A DNA stretch of 64,000 bases from contig CAYNQF010000003.1 in the NCBI GenBank assembly GCA_964399265.1, positions 3,104-67,103 on the forward strand. The letters run 5' to 3'. Source of the DNA: an uncultured bacterium (GTDB lineage: Bacteria; Joyebacterota; Joyebacteria; Joyebacterales; Joyebacteraceae). This document shows, one piece after another, positions 1 to 9,900 of the stretch. Position 1 is the stretch's first letter; every line of letters begins with the position of its first letter. Position numbers and translations under genes: made by a program. Under the pieces are notes generated by a model. The model made no database searches. It saw only the letters and a list, made by a program, of their open reading frames with translations, and was not told the origin of the DNA.

Positions 1-203
1 ACAACGGCGTAGCGCCCATCGTTGAGCGGGGGATGAACGAGACGACGCTGCAGCGGTTCGTCGATCCGCTGCCTCAGGCGCTCGTCCTGACGTCGATCGT
101 CATCGGATTGGGAGTGCTCGCGCTCATGGTGTCCATGTGCATCAGGCTCTACGAGAAGCATGGGACCTTCGACATGTCACAGATCAGCAAGCTGAGGGGA
201 TAG
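1..203 (+). CDS. mrpC: Na+/H+ antiporter subunit C (MrpC/MnhC-like), 3' fragment; 5' end is outside the window
   Basis: The frame ending at TAG 201-203 reads ...LTSIVIGLGVLALMVSMCIRLYEKHGTFDMSQISKLRG. It is hydrophobic, MnhC/NuoK-like, and sits immediately upstream of mrpD. Confidence 0.55.
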   Translation, partial: NGVAPIVERGMNETTLQRFVDPLPQALVLTSIVIGLGVLALMVSMCIRLYEKHGTFDMSQISKLRG

Positions 204-206
204 CCG

Positions 207-1751
207 ATGAACCTTGTCCCGCTGTACGTAGCGATCCCGCTCGGTGCCGCCTTCCTCATCCCGATGATCGGGTTGTGGTGGAAGAAGAGCGGCGAGGTCT
301 TCGCGACCTTGACCACGGCCGTGCTGGCTGTGATGGCACTGATGGCGATAGGCGCTCCGGCCGTGGTGCTCTACATGGGGAAGTGGGTGGCGCCGATCGG
401 CATCGCGGTGGTGCAGGACGGTCTGTCCATACTGCTTCTCGTGGCCGTCAACGTCATCGGCTTCCTGTGCATCATCTTCTCGCTCAAGTACATGAAGGAA
501 TACACGGGGCTCAACAAGTACTACACGCTCTTCATGTTGATGGTGGCGGGTATGAACGGCGTCGTCATATCGGGCGACCTCTTCAACCTGTTCGTCTTCC
601 TTGAGGTAGCGTCTATCGCCTCGTATGCGCTCGTGGCGTTCGGTGTGGAGGCGGACGAGCTCGAGGCCGGCTTCAAGTATCTCATCCTGGGCAGCGTCGC
701 CTCGGTCATGATCCTCTTCGCTATCGGCACCGTCTACGCGGTGACCGGATCGCTCAATATGGCCGACGTGGCGCGGGAGATCAGCACGAAGTGGTCCGGT
801 CCGGAGATGAACCCCGCGCTCCTTCTCGCGGCGGCGCTCTTCCTGATGGGATTTTCGCTCAAGGCCGCTATGGTACCGTTCCACGCCTGGCTGCCCGACG
901 CGCACCCGTCTGCGCCCGCGCCCATCTCCGCGATGCTCTCCGGCGTGGTCATCAAGAGCCTCGGCGTCTACGCGATGTGTCGCGTCTTCTTCAACGTGTT
1001 CGGGTTCACCCCGACGCAGCCGGCGTCGGTCATCATAGCCAACGCGATGATCGCGTTCTCGGTCCTCTCCATCGTCCTGGGCGGCCTGATGGCCGTCGGG
1101 CAGTGGGACTTCAAGCGGCTGCTCGCGTACAGCTCGATCGGCCAGATCGGCTACGTCACTCTCGGGCTCGGCGTGGGCGCCAGGATCCTGGCCACCGGAG
1201 GCCCGAGGGCGCTCGCGGCGCTGGCGATCTTCGGCGGCCTGTTCCATCTCATCAACCATGCATCGTTCAAGTCGCTTCTCTTCCTGTCGTCCGGAGCGAT
1301 ACAGCACGCCACCGGAACCAGGGACTTGAAGCTCCTGGGCGGCCTGCGCGAGCGCATGCCCATCACCGCGGCGACGACCAACCTGGCCGCACTGTCGATC
1401 GCGGGCGTGCCTCCGTTCAGCGGGTTCTGGAGCAAGCTTCTGATCATCGTGGCGGTCGTCAAGGCGGGCCACTTCGCGATAGGCGGAGTCGCCATCGCGA
1501 TGGCGTTCGTCACGCTCGTGTACTACGTGAAGGTCCAGAGGCGGATCATCTTCGGGGAAGTCGGCAAGAGCGTCGAGAATGCCCACGAGGTCTCGCCGGT
1601 GATGTACATTCCTCTCATTCTGCTGGCGATCGTCTGCGTAGGCTTCGGCATACTGGCCGTGACGCAGCCCGCGGTCGGCGAGCGCATGCTCGGCCCGGCC
1701 CGTGATGCTCTTCTGAACAGCGCTGAGTACGTGAAGTTGGTCCTCGGCTAG
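207..1751 (+). CDS. mrpD: Mrp antiporter subunit D (MrpD/MnhD; NuoL/N-type proton-translocating subunit), 514 aa
   Basis: Polytopic membrane protein with NuoL/MrpD signature segments (WLPDAHPSAPAPISAMLSG..., LAYSSIGQIGYV). It is followed by mrpEFG. Confidence 0.8.
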   Translation: MNLVPLYVAIPLGAAFLIPMIGLWWKKSGEVFATLTTAVLAVMALMAIGAPAVVLYMGKWVAPIGIAVVQDGLSILLLVAVNVIGFLCIIFSLKYMKEYTGLNKYYTLFMLMVAGMNGVVISGDLFNLFVFLEVASIASYALVAFGVEADELEAGFKYLILGSVASVMILFAIGTVYAVTGSLNMADVAREISTKWSGPEMNPALLLAAALFLMGFSLKAAMVPFHAWLPDAHPSAPAPISAMLSGVVIKSLGVYAMCRVFFNVFGFTPTQPASVIIANAMIAFSVLSIVLGGLMAVGQWDFKRLLAYSSIGQIGYVTLGLGVGARILATGGPRALAALAIFGGLFHLINHASFKSLLFLSSGAIQHATGTRDLKLLGGLRERMPITAATTNLAALSIAGVPPFSGFWSKLLIIVAVVKAGHFAIGGVAIAMAFVTLVYYVKVQRRIIFGEVGKSVENAHEVSPVMYIPLILLAIVCVGFGILAVTQPAVGERMLGPARDALLNSAEYVKLVLG

Positions 1752-1756
1752 AGGGG

Positions 1757-2272
1757 GTGGAGAGCCCGATGGAACGATTGAAACGACGACTTCTCGATCT
1801 GATCATCATCTTCGCCCTGTGGATGCTCCTCACGTGGTCGCTCGACGTGCAGGGAGTCATCGCCGGGGCCATACTGGCGGTTCTCTTCGCGTTCCTTCTG
1901 TCGGGGCTTCTGCCCAAGCGCGTCGAGAGACTCTTCAGTCCGGTGCGGTGGTTCTGGGCACTGATGCATATGATCTCGCTTTCGTTCTGGATCATCCTGG
2001 CGAACTTCGACGTTCTCTACCGGGTGGTCCACCCGAACATGCCGATCAGGCCGGGCATAGTGAAGATCAAGACGACCTTGAAGACCGACGAGGCCAAGAC
2101 GTTCCTTGCCAACTCCATCACGTTGACGCCGGGCACGCTCACGGTCGACATCATCGACGACTGGCTCTACGTGCACTGGATCAACGTGCACGAGAGCCTC
2201 GAAGACACTGAGGCCATGACCCGGGATATCGCTGGCCGTTTCGAGGTCACCTTGAGGAGGGTTTTCGACTGA
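1757..2272 (+). CDS. mrpE: Mrp antiporter subunit E (MnhE family)
   Basis: 171 aa with an MnhE-like N-terminus (LLDLIIIFALWMLLTWSL...). It lies 6 nt after mrpD, and its stop overlaps the mrpF start (TGATG). Confidence 0.75.
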   Translation: MESPMERLKRRLLDLIIIFALWMLLTWSLDVQGVIAGAILAVLFAFLLSGLLPKRVERLFSPVRWFWALMHMISLSFWIILANFDVLYRVVHPNMPIRPGIVKIKTTLKTDEAKTFLANSITLTPGTLTVDIIDDWLYVHWINVHESLEDTEAMTRDIAGRFEVTLRRVFD

Positions 2273-2526
2273 TGCAGACGTTCCTCATGCTCCTGATCAT
2301 TGGGACATTCATCTGCCTCTTTCGGGTGGCCAGGGGACCTACGGCTCCCGACAGGGCGGTCGCGATCGACACTATCGGTGTGATGGTGGTCGGGATATGC
2401 GGCGTGTTCGGGGTCATTACAGGCAGGGACTACTACCTGAACGTGGCGATCGCGTGGGCGCTCCTGTCCTTCATCGGTACGCTGGCGCTTGCGAAGTACC
2501 TGGAGGGGAGGGGATTCGATGAATAA
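2272..2526 (+). CDS. mrpF: Mrp antiporter subunit F (MnhF)
   Basis: 84 aa small membrane protein with three hydrophobic segments, in the expected position and size. Confidence 0.7.
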   Translation: MQTFLMLLIIGTFICLFRVARGPTAPDRAVAIDTIGVMVVGICGVFGVITGRDYYLNVAIAWALLSFIGTLALAKYLEGRGFDE

Positions 2527-2854
2527 CGGCGGAGTGGCACCATACATCCTGATATCGATCGGCGTGATGTTCGACATCGTCGGGGCCATCGGCCTCATCC
2601 GCCTGCCGGACGTGTACAACAGACTGCAGGCCGCAACGAAGTGCGTCACGCTGGGGACGTGCCTGATCCTGGTCGGCGTCCTCGTCTACAGCGGATGGAC
2701 GGCGATGGGCGTCAAGGCGCTCCTGGCGGCGATCTTCGTGCTGTGGACCTCGCCGACGGGCAGCCACGCGCTGGCCAGAGGCGCGCACATCGCGGGCGTG
2801 CCGCTCTGGCGCGGCAGCGTCATCGACAAGTACAGGGAGGACACGGGGCACTAG
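2519..2854 (+). CDS. mrpG: Mrp antiporter subunit G (MnhG)
   Basis: ATG at 2519 overlaps the mrpF end by 8 nt. MnhG-like motif (GAIGLIRLPDVYNRLQAATK). Confidence 0.75.
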   Translation: MNNGGVAPYILISIGVMFDIVGAIGLIRLPDVYNRLQAATKCVTLGTCLILVGVLVYSGWTAMGVKALLAAIFVLWTSPTGSHALARGAHIAGVPLWRGSVIDKYREDTGH

Positions 2855-2920
2855 GGGGACCGCGCGTTCCGACTGGCGTCGCGTTTCGCGGCTCAGAATT
2901 CCCCGGGGAGACTATCCGAG

Positions 2921-3526
2921 ATGAAGAAACCCAAGCTTCGGGAGCTCAAGGAAGCACTCACCGCCGTTGTGAAGGGGCCGTACACGAGTACGTTCCCGTT
3001 CACGCCGCTGGAGCCTGCTGAGGCTTTCCGCGGCCAGCCGCTCTACCACGAGGATGAGTGCATCGGCTGCGGCGCGTGCGCGGAGGTGTGTCCGGCGAGG
3101 ACGATCGACGTGATAGACGAGGGGGACACCCGGACGCTCATCCACCATTTCGACAACTGCATCTACTGCGGGCAGTGCGAGGCGATGTGCACCACCAAGA
3201 AGGGCATACAGCTGTCGCACAACTTCGCGCTCGCGGTATTCGACCGCGCACAGGCGGTCACATCCGTCGAAAAGGAACTGGTGCGGTGCGAACACTGTGG
3301 CGACGTGATAACGACCCGCGAGCACCTCGAGTGGATCGCCCGCAAGGTCGGATCGCTTGCGGTGGCAAACCCGACGCTTCTCGTCGCTCTGCATCAGCGT
3401 TTCGGCGCGACGCAGGACCCGACGGCCAGGCCCGAGGACAAGCGCGTCGGCCGCGGTGACTCCTACATGATCATGTGCCCCGCGTGCAGGCGCGAGATAT
3501 ACCTCACTGAGGACTGGCTGGGGTAG
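2921..3526 (+). CDS. 2x[4Fe-4S] ferredoxin (NuoI/HycF/MbhN-like) with an extra C-terminal CxxC...CxxC pair
   Basis: Two cluster motifs (CIGCGACAEVCP and CIYCGQCEAMC), plus CEHCGD...CPACRRE. It is the last gene of the mrp operon. Confidence 0.8.
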   Translation: MKKPKLRELKEALTAVVKGPYTSTFPFTPLEPAEAFRGQPLYHEDECIGCGACAEVCPARTIDVIDEGDTRTLIHHFDNCIYCGQCEAMCTTKKGIQLSHNFALAVFDRAQAVTSVEKELVRCEHCGDVITTREHLEWIARKVGSLAVANPTLLVALHQRFGATQDPTARPEDKRVGRGDSYMIMCPACRREIYLTEDWLG

Positions 3527-3582
3527 GCGCGACGGCCGCGGTCGCCGCGGGCGCGATGCGGCCACAGGGTGAGGCGGATGCG

Positions 3583-3618
3583 AAGCGGGGGTGGGAGAGA
3601 TCCCACCCCCGCTTTCTG
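3583..3618. terminator. Bidirectional intrinsic terminator hairpin between the convergent mrp-ferredoxin operon and the nucleoside hydrolase gene
   Basis: Perfect 13-bp stem (AGCGGGGGTGGGA / TCCCACCCCCGCT) with a GAGA loop, followed by TTTCTGT. Confidence 0.6.
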
Positions 3619-3661
3619 TCGTGGCTTGGTGGTGCGGTCGGGGTCCCCCTGGGCGGCCCGT

Positions 3662-4633
3662 TCACCCGAACAGCGGCGCCAACACACGCGTGTGGATGAG
3701 CCCGCGCACGGCCACCTTGTCCACGTTGACTGCCACCTTGACTGGGGGCCTTCCGTCGTCGGCCTCCACTGAGCGTCCACGATCGGGGCCTTCCGTGATC
3801 ACGCGAACGGGCACTTCGCGCGTGCCCACGAGCCCGGGAGCCAGGGCGGCGCTCATTGCGACCGGGTCGTGCATGTATCCGGCGTCCAGACCCGACTCGG
3901 CGAACTGGTAGCGCACGTAGTGGTCGATGGCGCGGGCGATCACCGGCGCCAGGGTCTTGAGCGCGGAAGGGCCCGCGGCCCGGAGTGACGACCTCCAGCT
4001 GGGGAGCGCCCGCAGCTCCTCACGCCTCACCATCACGCCGGTCGTGACGTCGAGCGGAACGACGGTCACATCGAGTCCGGCACCCAGAATGATGTCGGCC
4101 GCGCGCGGGTCCACGTAGAAATTGAACTCGGCGACGGGCCCCGTATTCCCTGGAACCTCGAACGCTCCCCCCATGACGACGATGCGGCGGAACGCCGAGA
4201 GCGCGTCCGGGTTCGCTCTGTGTGCGAGTGCCAGGTTCGTGAGCGGTCCGGTGGCCACGAGAGTGATCTCGCCGGCATGCTCGGCCGCCACACGGGCCAG
4301 GAACTCGTGGGCCGGTTCCCCGACCTTCGTGGTCGCCGGCGACGGAAGCGTCTCTCTTGCCCCTCCCAGTCCGTCGTCTCCGTGAACCTCGGGGGCGGTC
4401 GTCAGCGCTTCTTCGAGCGGCGATGTGGCGCCCTCCGCGACGGGAGGCGGTTCCTCTCCCCAGAGGGATTCCGCCAGCAGGAGCGAGTTGCGCGTGCACT
4501 CACCGACCTCCGCGTTTCCCGCCACCGTGGTGATCGCCACCACGGACAGCTCCGGCGAGTTCGATGCGAGCGCTATGGCGAGGGCGTCGTCGACCCCGGT
4601 GTCTGCGTCAATGAGTATGCGGGAAGCCGTCAT
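3662..4633 (-). CDS. Inosine-uridine preferring nucleoside hydrolase (IUNH family)
   Basis: N-terminal DADTGVDDALAI aspartate cluster typical of IUNH. Its ATG overlaps the upstream gene's stop (ATGA). Confidence 0.85.
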   Translation of the reverse strand: MTASRILIDADTGVDDALAIALASNSPELSVVAITTVAGNAEVGECTRNSLLLAESLWGEEPPPVAEGATSPLEEALTTAPEVHGDDGLGGARETLPSPATTKVGEPAHEFLARVAAEHAGEITLVATGPLTNLALAHRANPDALSAFRRIVVMGGAFEVPGNTGPVAEFNFYVDPRAADIILGAGLDVTVVPLDVTTGVMVRREELRALPSWRSSLRAAGPSALKTLAPVIARAIDHYVRYQFAESGLDAGYMHDPVAMSAALAPGLVGTREVPVRVITEGPDRGRSVEADDGRPPVKVAVNVDKVAVRGLIHTRVLAPLFG

Positions 4634-5469
4634 TGAAGGAATCCGCGCCACGTGAGTTCGGGGGAGAATCCGAGAAGTCTCGCCGCTTCACGCGACGTGA
4701 CGAGCGAGCCGTATTGAGAGATGCCGGGCCTCATGGCCGTCTCTGCGTAGTACTTCTCGACCAGTTTCCTCGTCGGAAAGATGGTCCCGTTGTCCGGGGC
4801 GGAGAGGAGGATGGGGTGATGTCCCGGCGCAAGGTCGGCCTCCGCCGCGCGGCGCACCGCCTCAGCGACGTCGTCTCCATGGACGTACGACCACAGCCCT
4901 CCGACCCATTCCTCAGGGTCGTGCGTGAGGCGTCTGCTCTGAGCGTACTCTTCCTCGACCCACACCCACGACGGTCGCAGACTGACCACGACGGTGTCCG
5001 CGGGCCGCTTGTCGGTCAGCGACTCCTCCGCCATCAGCTTGCTACGTCCGTACGGATCGACCGGCGCCATGACGTGCTCCTCGTCCACGGGGAAGTACCT
5101 AGGTCTCACCCTGCCCGCGCCGAACGTGAATCCCAGGACCGAATCGCTGGAGATGTTGACGAAGCGTCTGACGCCCGCCTCGAACGCCGCGTCGGCCACT
5201 CTTCTGGTCCCCTCTATGTTGGTGAGGTAGATGTCGTCTGGGAGCCCGAACTGCGGACCGGGGATGGCGGCGGCGTGGACGATCGCGTCGGCCCCCTGGA
5301 CGGCGCGTCCCACGGCGTCCCTGTCCAGGATGTCAGAGGCCTCGTGCTCTCCCGGAGCCCCGGCCGGCGGCGGCTTGAGGTCCAGGTTGAGAACGTCGTG
5401 GTCTCCGGCCAGGAGCTTCACGACGCGCCTTCCCACAAGACCGCTTCCTCCCGTTACTACGATGCGCAT
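4630..5469 (-). CDS. NAD-dependent epimerase/dehydratase family protein (extended SDR)
   Basis: N-terminal MRIVVTGGSGLVGRRV Rossmann motif, and ...YGRSK active-site region. Confidence 0.8.
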   Translation of the reverse strand: MRIVVTGGSGLVGRRVVKLLAGDHDVLNLDLKPPPAGAPGEHEASDILDRDAVGRAVQGADAIVHAAAIPGPQFGLPDDIYLTNIEGTRRVADAAFEAGVRRFVNISSDSVLGFTFGAGRVRPRYFPVDEEHVMAPVDPYGRSKLMAEESLTDKRPADTVVVSLRPSWVWVEEEYAQSRRLTHDPEEWVGGLWSYVHGDDVAEAVRRAAEADLAPGHHPILLSAPDNGTIFPTRKLVEKYYAETAMRPGISQYGSLVTSREAARLLGFSPELTWRGFLQ

Positions 5470-5497
5470 GCGCTCTCCACTTGATACGAGTCAGCGG

Positions 5498-5968
5498 TCA
5501 CTCACCGACGATCTGTACGACGACCTCCCTTGTTCTCGGACGGTCGTCGAAGTCTACGAGCACTATCTGCTGCCAGGTTCCCAGTGCCAGGTCCTGCCCG
5601 ACGAAGGGGACGGAAAGGCTGGGCCCCAGCATCGCGGCGCGCACGTGGCTGTGGCCGTTGTAGTCGCCCCAGCGGAGGTGGTGTTTCCAGTCCCTGCCCT
5701 TAGGCGCCATCTCCTCGAAGACCGACTGCAAGTCCTGGACCGCACCCGGCTCGAATTCGATGGTAGTTATCGCGGCCGTCGAGCCGCCGATGAAAAGTGT
5801 GGCCGTGCCGTCCAGGAGCCCGCTCTCTCTGACGGCCTCGGCGACGTCCATCGTGATATCGATCGTGTCCCCGTCGCCGCGCGTCCGCGCGGTCACTGTT
5901 GCCGTGACGACCGCCAACTCTCTTGCACCTCCGCCTGCCTGCGCGATGTGCGGCGCGCATGCCGGCAT
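5498..5968 (-). CDS. yjbQ: YjbQ/UPF0047 family protein (secondary thiamine-phosphate synthase-like)
   Basis: ~150 aa with characteristic HHLRWGDYNGHSHVRAAMLGPSLSVPF and QQIVLVDFD segments. Confidence 0.75.
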   Translation of the reverse strand: MPACAPHIAQAGGGARELAVVTATVTARTRGDGDTIDITMDVAEAVRESGLLDGTATLFIGGSTAAITTIEFEPGAVQDLQSVFEEMAPKGRDWKHHLRWGDYNGHSHVRAAMLGPSLSVPFVGQDLALGTWQQIVLVDFDDRPRTREVVVQIVGE

Positions 5969-6164
5969 TCAGGCCCGCTTTTGTGAATCGTCCATCAGTA
6001 TTGTGCTGACCAGCTCACCAGAGAAGCGTACAATCCCGAGGCGCCGCTGTCGAGAGCGGTGCGGCAGCTAAGACGGTGAACGTCCTTCGGTGAAATGCTA
6101 TTCTGGACCTTGCGCGTCCGTGGACCGCGGACGACGGATGGTCGGACGCGCGTGGAGACCGCAG

Positions 6165-6911
6165 ATGAGCTACGAGAATACCGCCGAGTACTACGACAGC
6201 TTCGACATGAAAGGCAACCTCCAGTTCTACCTGGACCTTGCGGGCACGACCACCGGCAAGGTGCTGGAATTGGGCGTGGGGACGGGGCGGGTCCTTCTGG
6301 AGATCGCAAGGCTTCAGAGGGACGTCGTCGGGATCGACCATTCGGTCGCTATGCTCCGCGAGGCCAAGCGGAAGAGGCGTGAGAGCTACCCGGACGTGTC
6401 CGGGCGGTGCCGTCTGCTCCTGGCGGACATGCTCTCGTTCGACCTCGAGGAGAAGTTCGGGCTTGTCTACTCCGCCTCGGGGCCGGTCCAGTCCGGCACG
6501 GTGGACGACCTGCGCGGCATCTTCCGGAACGCCGCCGCTCACCTCGCCGATGACGGGCTGTTCGCGTTCGACATCTCGTCGCCGTCGGCCCTCAGGCAGA
6601 CCAGAGTCTACGGACCTGAGCGACGGGAGCTGCAGGGCGGCCGAGTCGTCATCAGGTTCATCGCACAGACGTACGACGAGAGCACCGACACCGTCTCGTA
6701 CGACCTCCTGTTCAAGGAGAGCATCCCCGGAAGGACGTCCATAGTCACCACAAAGGAGAGCGACACGGGGGCGGTGGTCACGCCCGAGGCGATCCGGGAT
6801 GCCTTCGGCTATGCCGGGCTCGAGTTGCTGAACATGTACGGCGACTTCGACCTCTCTCCATACACCGACGACAGCCCGTACATCGTTGTCGTCGCGGGGC
6901 ATCGTCCATGA
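6165..6911 (+). CDS. Class I SAM-dependent methyltransferase
   Basis: LELGVGTGRVLLEIA glycine-rich SAM motif. GGAGA RBS 6 nt upstream of ATG 6165. Its stop overlaps the next gene's start (ATGA at 6908). Confidence 0.75.
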   Translation: MSYENTAEYYDSFDMKGNLQFYLDLAGTTTGKVLELGVGTGRVLLEIARLQRDVVGIDHSVAMLREAKRKRRESYPDVSGRCRLLLADMLSFDLEEKFGLVYSASGPVQSGTVDDLRGIFRNAAAHLADDGLFAFDISSPSALRQTRVYGPERRELQGGRVVIRFIAQTYDESTDTVSYDLLFKESIPGRTSIVTTKESDTGAVVTPEAIRDAFGYAGLELLNMYGDFDLSPYTDDSPYIVVVAGHRP

Positions 6912-9900
6912 AGCGCTCGTTTCCGATCATCCTGGCGGCGACGGCCGCCGTCATGCTCGCGCTGGTGGCGCCGTGCGCGGCCCAGGAGGCCGACCCCGGT
7001 GCGCTGACGCAGAGGATCGTGGAGCTGCGCCTGGCGGGCGACTACACGGGGGCCGCTGCGGCCGCTGCGGCGCTTCTTGACGCCGTTGTCGGCGACCCGG
7101 AGGCGACCGAGCTGGACGTGGATGACGCGACCCAGCTCGTGGCGACGCTGCGGTTCGCCGCGACGCTTCCCGAGGCGGCGAGGCTGGAACTCGCGCGTGC
7201 CGACAGCTTCGGCATGGCGATGGAGGAGTCCTGGGCGCAGGGCCTCTACAAAGAGGGCGCCGGGGCGGCTCGCCAGCGACTCCACCTGTACAGGGAGTAT
7301 TTCGGCGAGAGGCATCTCGCCACCGCCACCGCCGAGGACGAACTGGCGTCGCTGCTCCAGTACGAGGGCGAGTACGAAGAGGCGGAGCCGCTGTTCCTCG
7401 ATGCTCTCCGCATCAGGAGGGAGCAGCTGGGGCCCGACCACGTGTACGTGGGCGCCACGCTCAACAACCTCGGAATGCTACACCAGGCGACCGGCGACCT
7501 CGAGGCCGCGCGCGACGACATCACGGAGTCGCTCGACATACTCACCCGCGCGCTCGGCGACGACGACCTGAACGTAGCCGCGATCACCGCCAACCTCGGC
7601 ATCCTGCTTCAGCGGATGGGCGACTACGACGGCGCCGAGCGTCATCTCCTGCGAGCGCTCGAGGTTCGGCGGGCGGCTCTTGGCGACGACAATCCCGACG
7701 TCGCCTCGAGCCTGAACGCGCTCGCAAGCTTCTACTACGACAGTATGGACTACGCGAAGGCCGAGCCGTTCCTGCGGCGCGCCACTGCGACCTGGCAGGA
7801 GGTGCTCGGCAACGACCACCCGTACGTTGCGCTCTCACTGAGCAACATGGGCGCGCTCCTGGCGGCGCGAGGCGAGTACTCGGAGGCCGAGGCCTTTCAC
7901 CGTCAGGCGGTCGACATCTACCGGGCGACACTGGGCGACGAGCATCCGGACCTCGCGTTCGCCCTTCACAACCTCGCGCACACGCTGGAGAGCGAGGGCG
8001 ACTATGCCGGCGCTGAGCCCCTGTTCCGTGAGTCGCTCGAGATCAGGCGCAGCGCGTTCGGCGACACGCACCCGGAGGTGGCGGTCAGCCTGAACGGGCT
8101 GGCGCACGTCCTCCAGGTGGCCGGAAAGTATGACGAGGCGGAGCCTCTATACAGAGAGGCGCTCGCCATGCACCGCGAACTCCTGGGCGACGACCACTTG
8201 GAGGTCGCCACCGACCTATCTAACCTGGCGTCGCTTCTCGAGGAGACGGGTCGACTGGACGAGGCCCTCGGGCTCTATCGAGAGGCCCTCGAGATCCGGA
8301 CGCGCACGCTCGGCGGGCAGAGCGCTGCCGTGGCGTACAACCTGAGCAGCATCGGGCACCTGGAGCTTCGGGAGGGCTACCCCGTCGCGGCGGAGATGAC
8401 GCTCGGAGAGGCCGCGTCCGTCTACGACGCTGCGAGACTGCGGGCGGGTACGGGCATGTCCAGCGCCACCATGGCCTTGAGGCTCAGGCCGCCCCTCGTG
8501 GCGTTGGCGGTTTCGCGCCTCGAGCAGGGCAAGGTCGATGACGCGTGGCCGGCGGCCGAGAGGGCGCTGGCGCGCACCCTTGCCGACCTCCTCATGAGCG
8601 CGGAGGAGCGCTCCCTCACCCGGGCCGAGTCGGTGCGCGAGGATTCGCTCCGGTCCCTCTTGGCCAACCTCGAGGGAGAGGTGCTGGCCTACGCCGGCGC
8701 GGCGGCGTCGGACTCAACCGGCGAGGCAGCGCGGCTGGGCGAGGAGAGCCGCCACAGGCTGCTCGAGGCCGAGGCGGACTGGAGCGCGTTTCAGCAGCGT
8801 CTGGCGGAAGCGCACCCGGTGACCGAGGGACACCTGTTTCCGCTCGAGCGCATCCAGCGTGCGCTCGGGCAGGAGACCGCGATCATCGGATGGATCGACG
8901 CGGACGTAGGCGGCGGCGATGTTGAGTCGTGGGGCTACGTCATCAGGCACGATGGATCAGTCGGCTGGGCGAGATGCGGGAGCGCCACCGGCTCGACCGT
9001 CCGCTCTCTGCAGAGAAGATACGGGAAGTACCGGGAGCAGATCTCCGATCCGTCGTCGTCGAGCGCGGGTCTCTTGAGAGACGCGAGGTCGATCTGGCGC
9101 GAGCGACTCGAGCCGCTCATGCCGTCGCTCGAAGGCGCACGCGCACTGGTCGTGCTGCCCTCCGGGTCGGTCCTGGGTCTTCCGCTGGAGACGCTGGTGG
9201 ACGACGCCGGTGTGCTCGTCGGAGACCGCTTCGCGGTCTCGTACGCTCCGTCGGCCACGGTGTTCGCCTGGCTCGAGGAGCGCGGCGAAACGGCAGGGCG
9301 CTCCGACGCGATGCTCCTGGTCGGCGACCCGCCCTTCACCGAGGCCGATCTTGAGGCGATGGAGAGTGAGGCATCGGAGGCAGGGGTTGCCCGCGGCGCC
9401 TCCGAGGACACGGAGTCGGACGACCCACGAGCCGCCGGCGACCCGGAACGCGGCGTCCGCGGCGGCCGGTCCTCGCTCGAGGGGCTTCCTCGACTGCCCG
9501 GCTCGAGAGCCGAAGTTCTTTCGCTTTCGTCTCTGACCGATGACGCGACCGTGCTCCTGGGGCCCGATGCGACCGAGCAGGAGCTGGTCGAGCTGGCGTC
9601 GGAAGACAAACTCAAGGACTACGGCATCATTCATCTGGCAACGCACGCACTCGTCGATGACGAGAGGCCGGACCAGTCGGCCCTCGTGCTGTCGCAGGTA
9701 GACCTTCCCGATCCGCTCGAATCGGCTCTGGCCGGCAGCCGGATTTACGACGGGCTCCTGACCGCAGGAGAGATCGTCAGGGAGTGGGACCTGGACTGCG
9801 ACCTCGTCTCGCTCTCGGCTTGCGAGACGGCGCTCGGCAAGGAGGTCGCGGGCGAGGGGTACATCGGGTTCGCGCACGCGTTCCTGCAGGCCGGAGCGCG

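Noticed and set aside
177-1586. 469-aa minus-strand ORF, R/D/H-rich, overlapping mrpD
   Set aside because: Antisense to a confidently identified membrane-protein gene. Its composition is the typical artefact of antisense reading in high-GC DNA, and it has no domain features.
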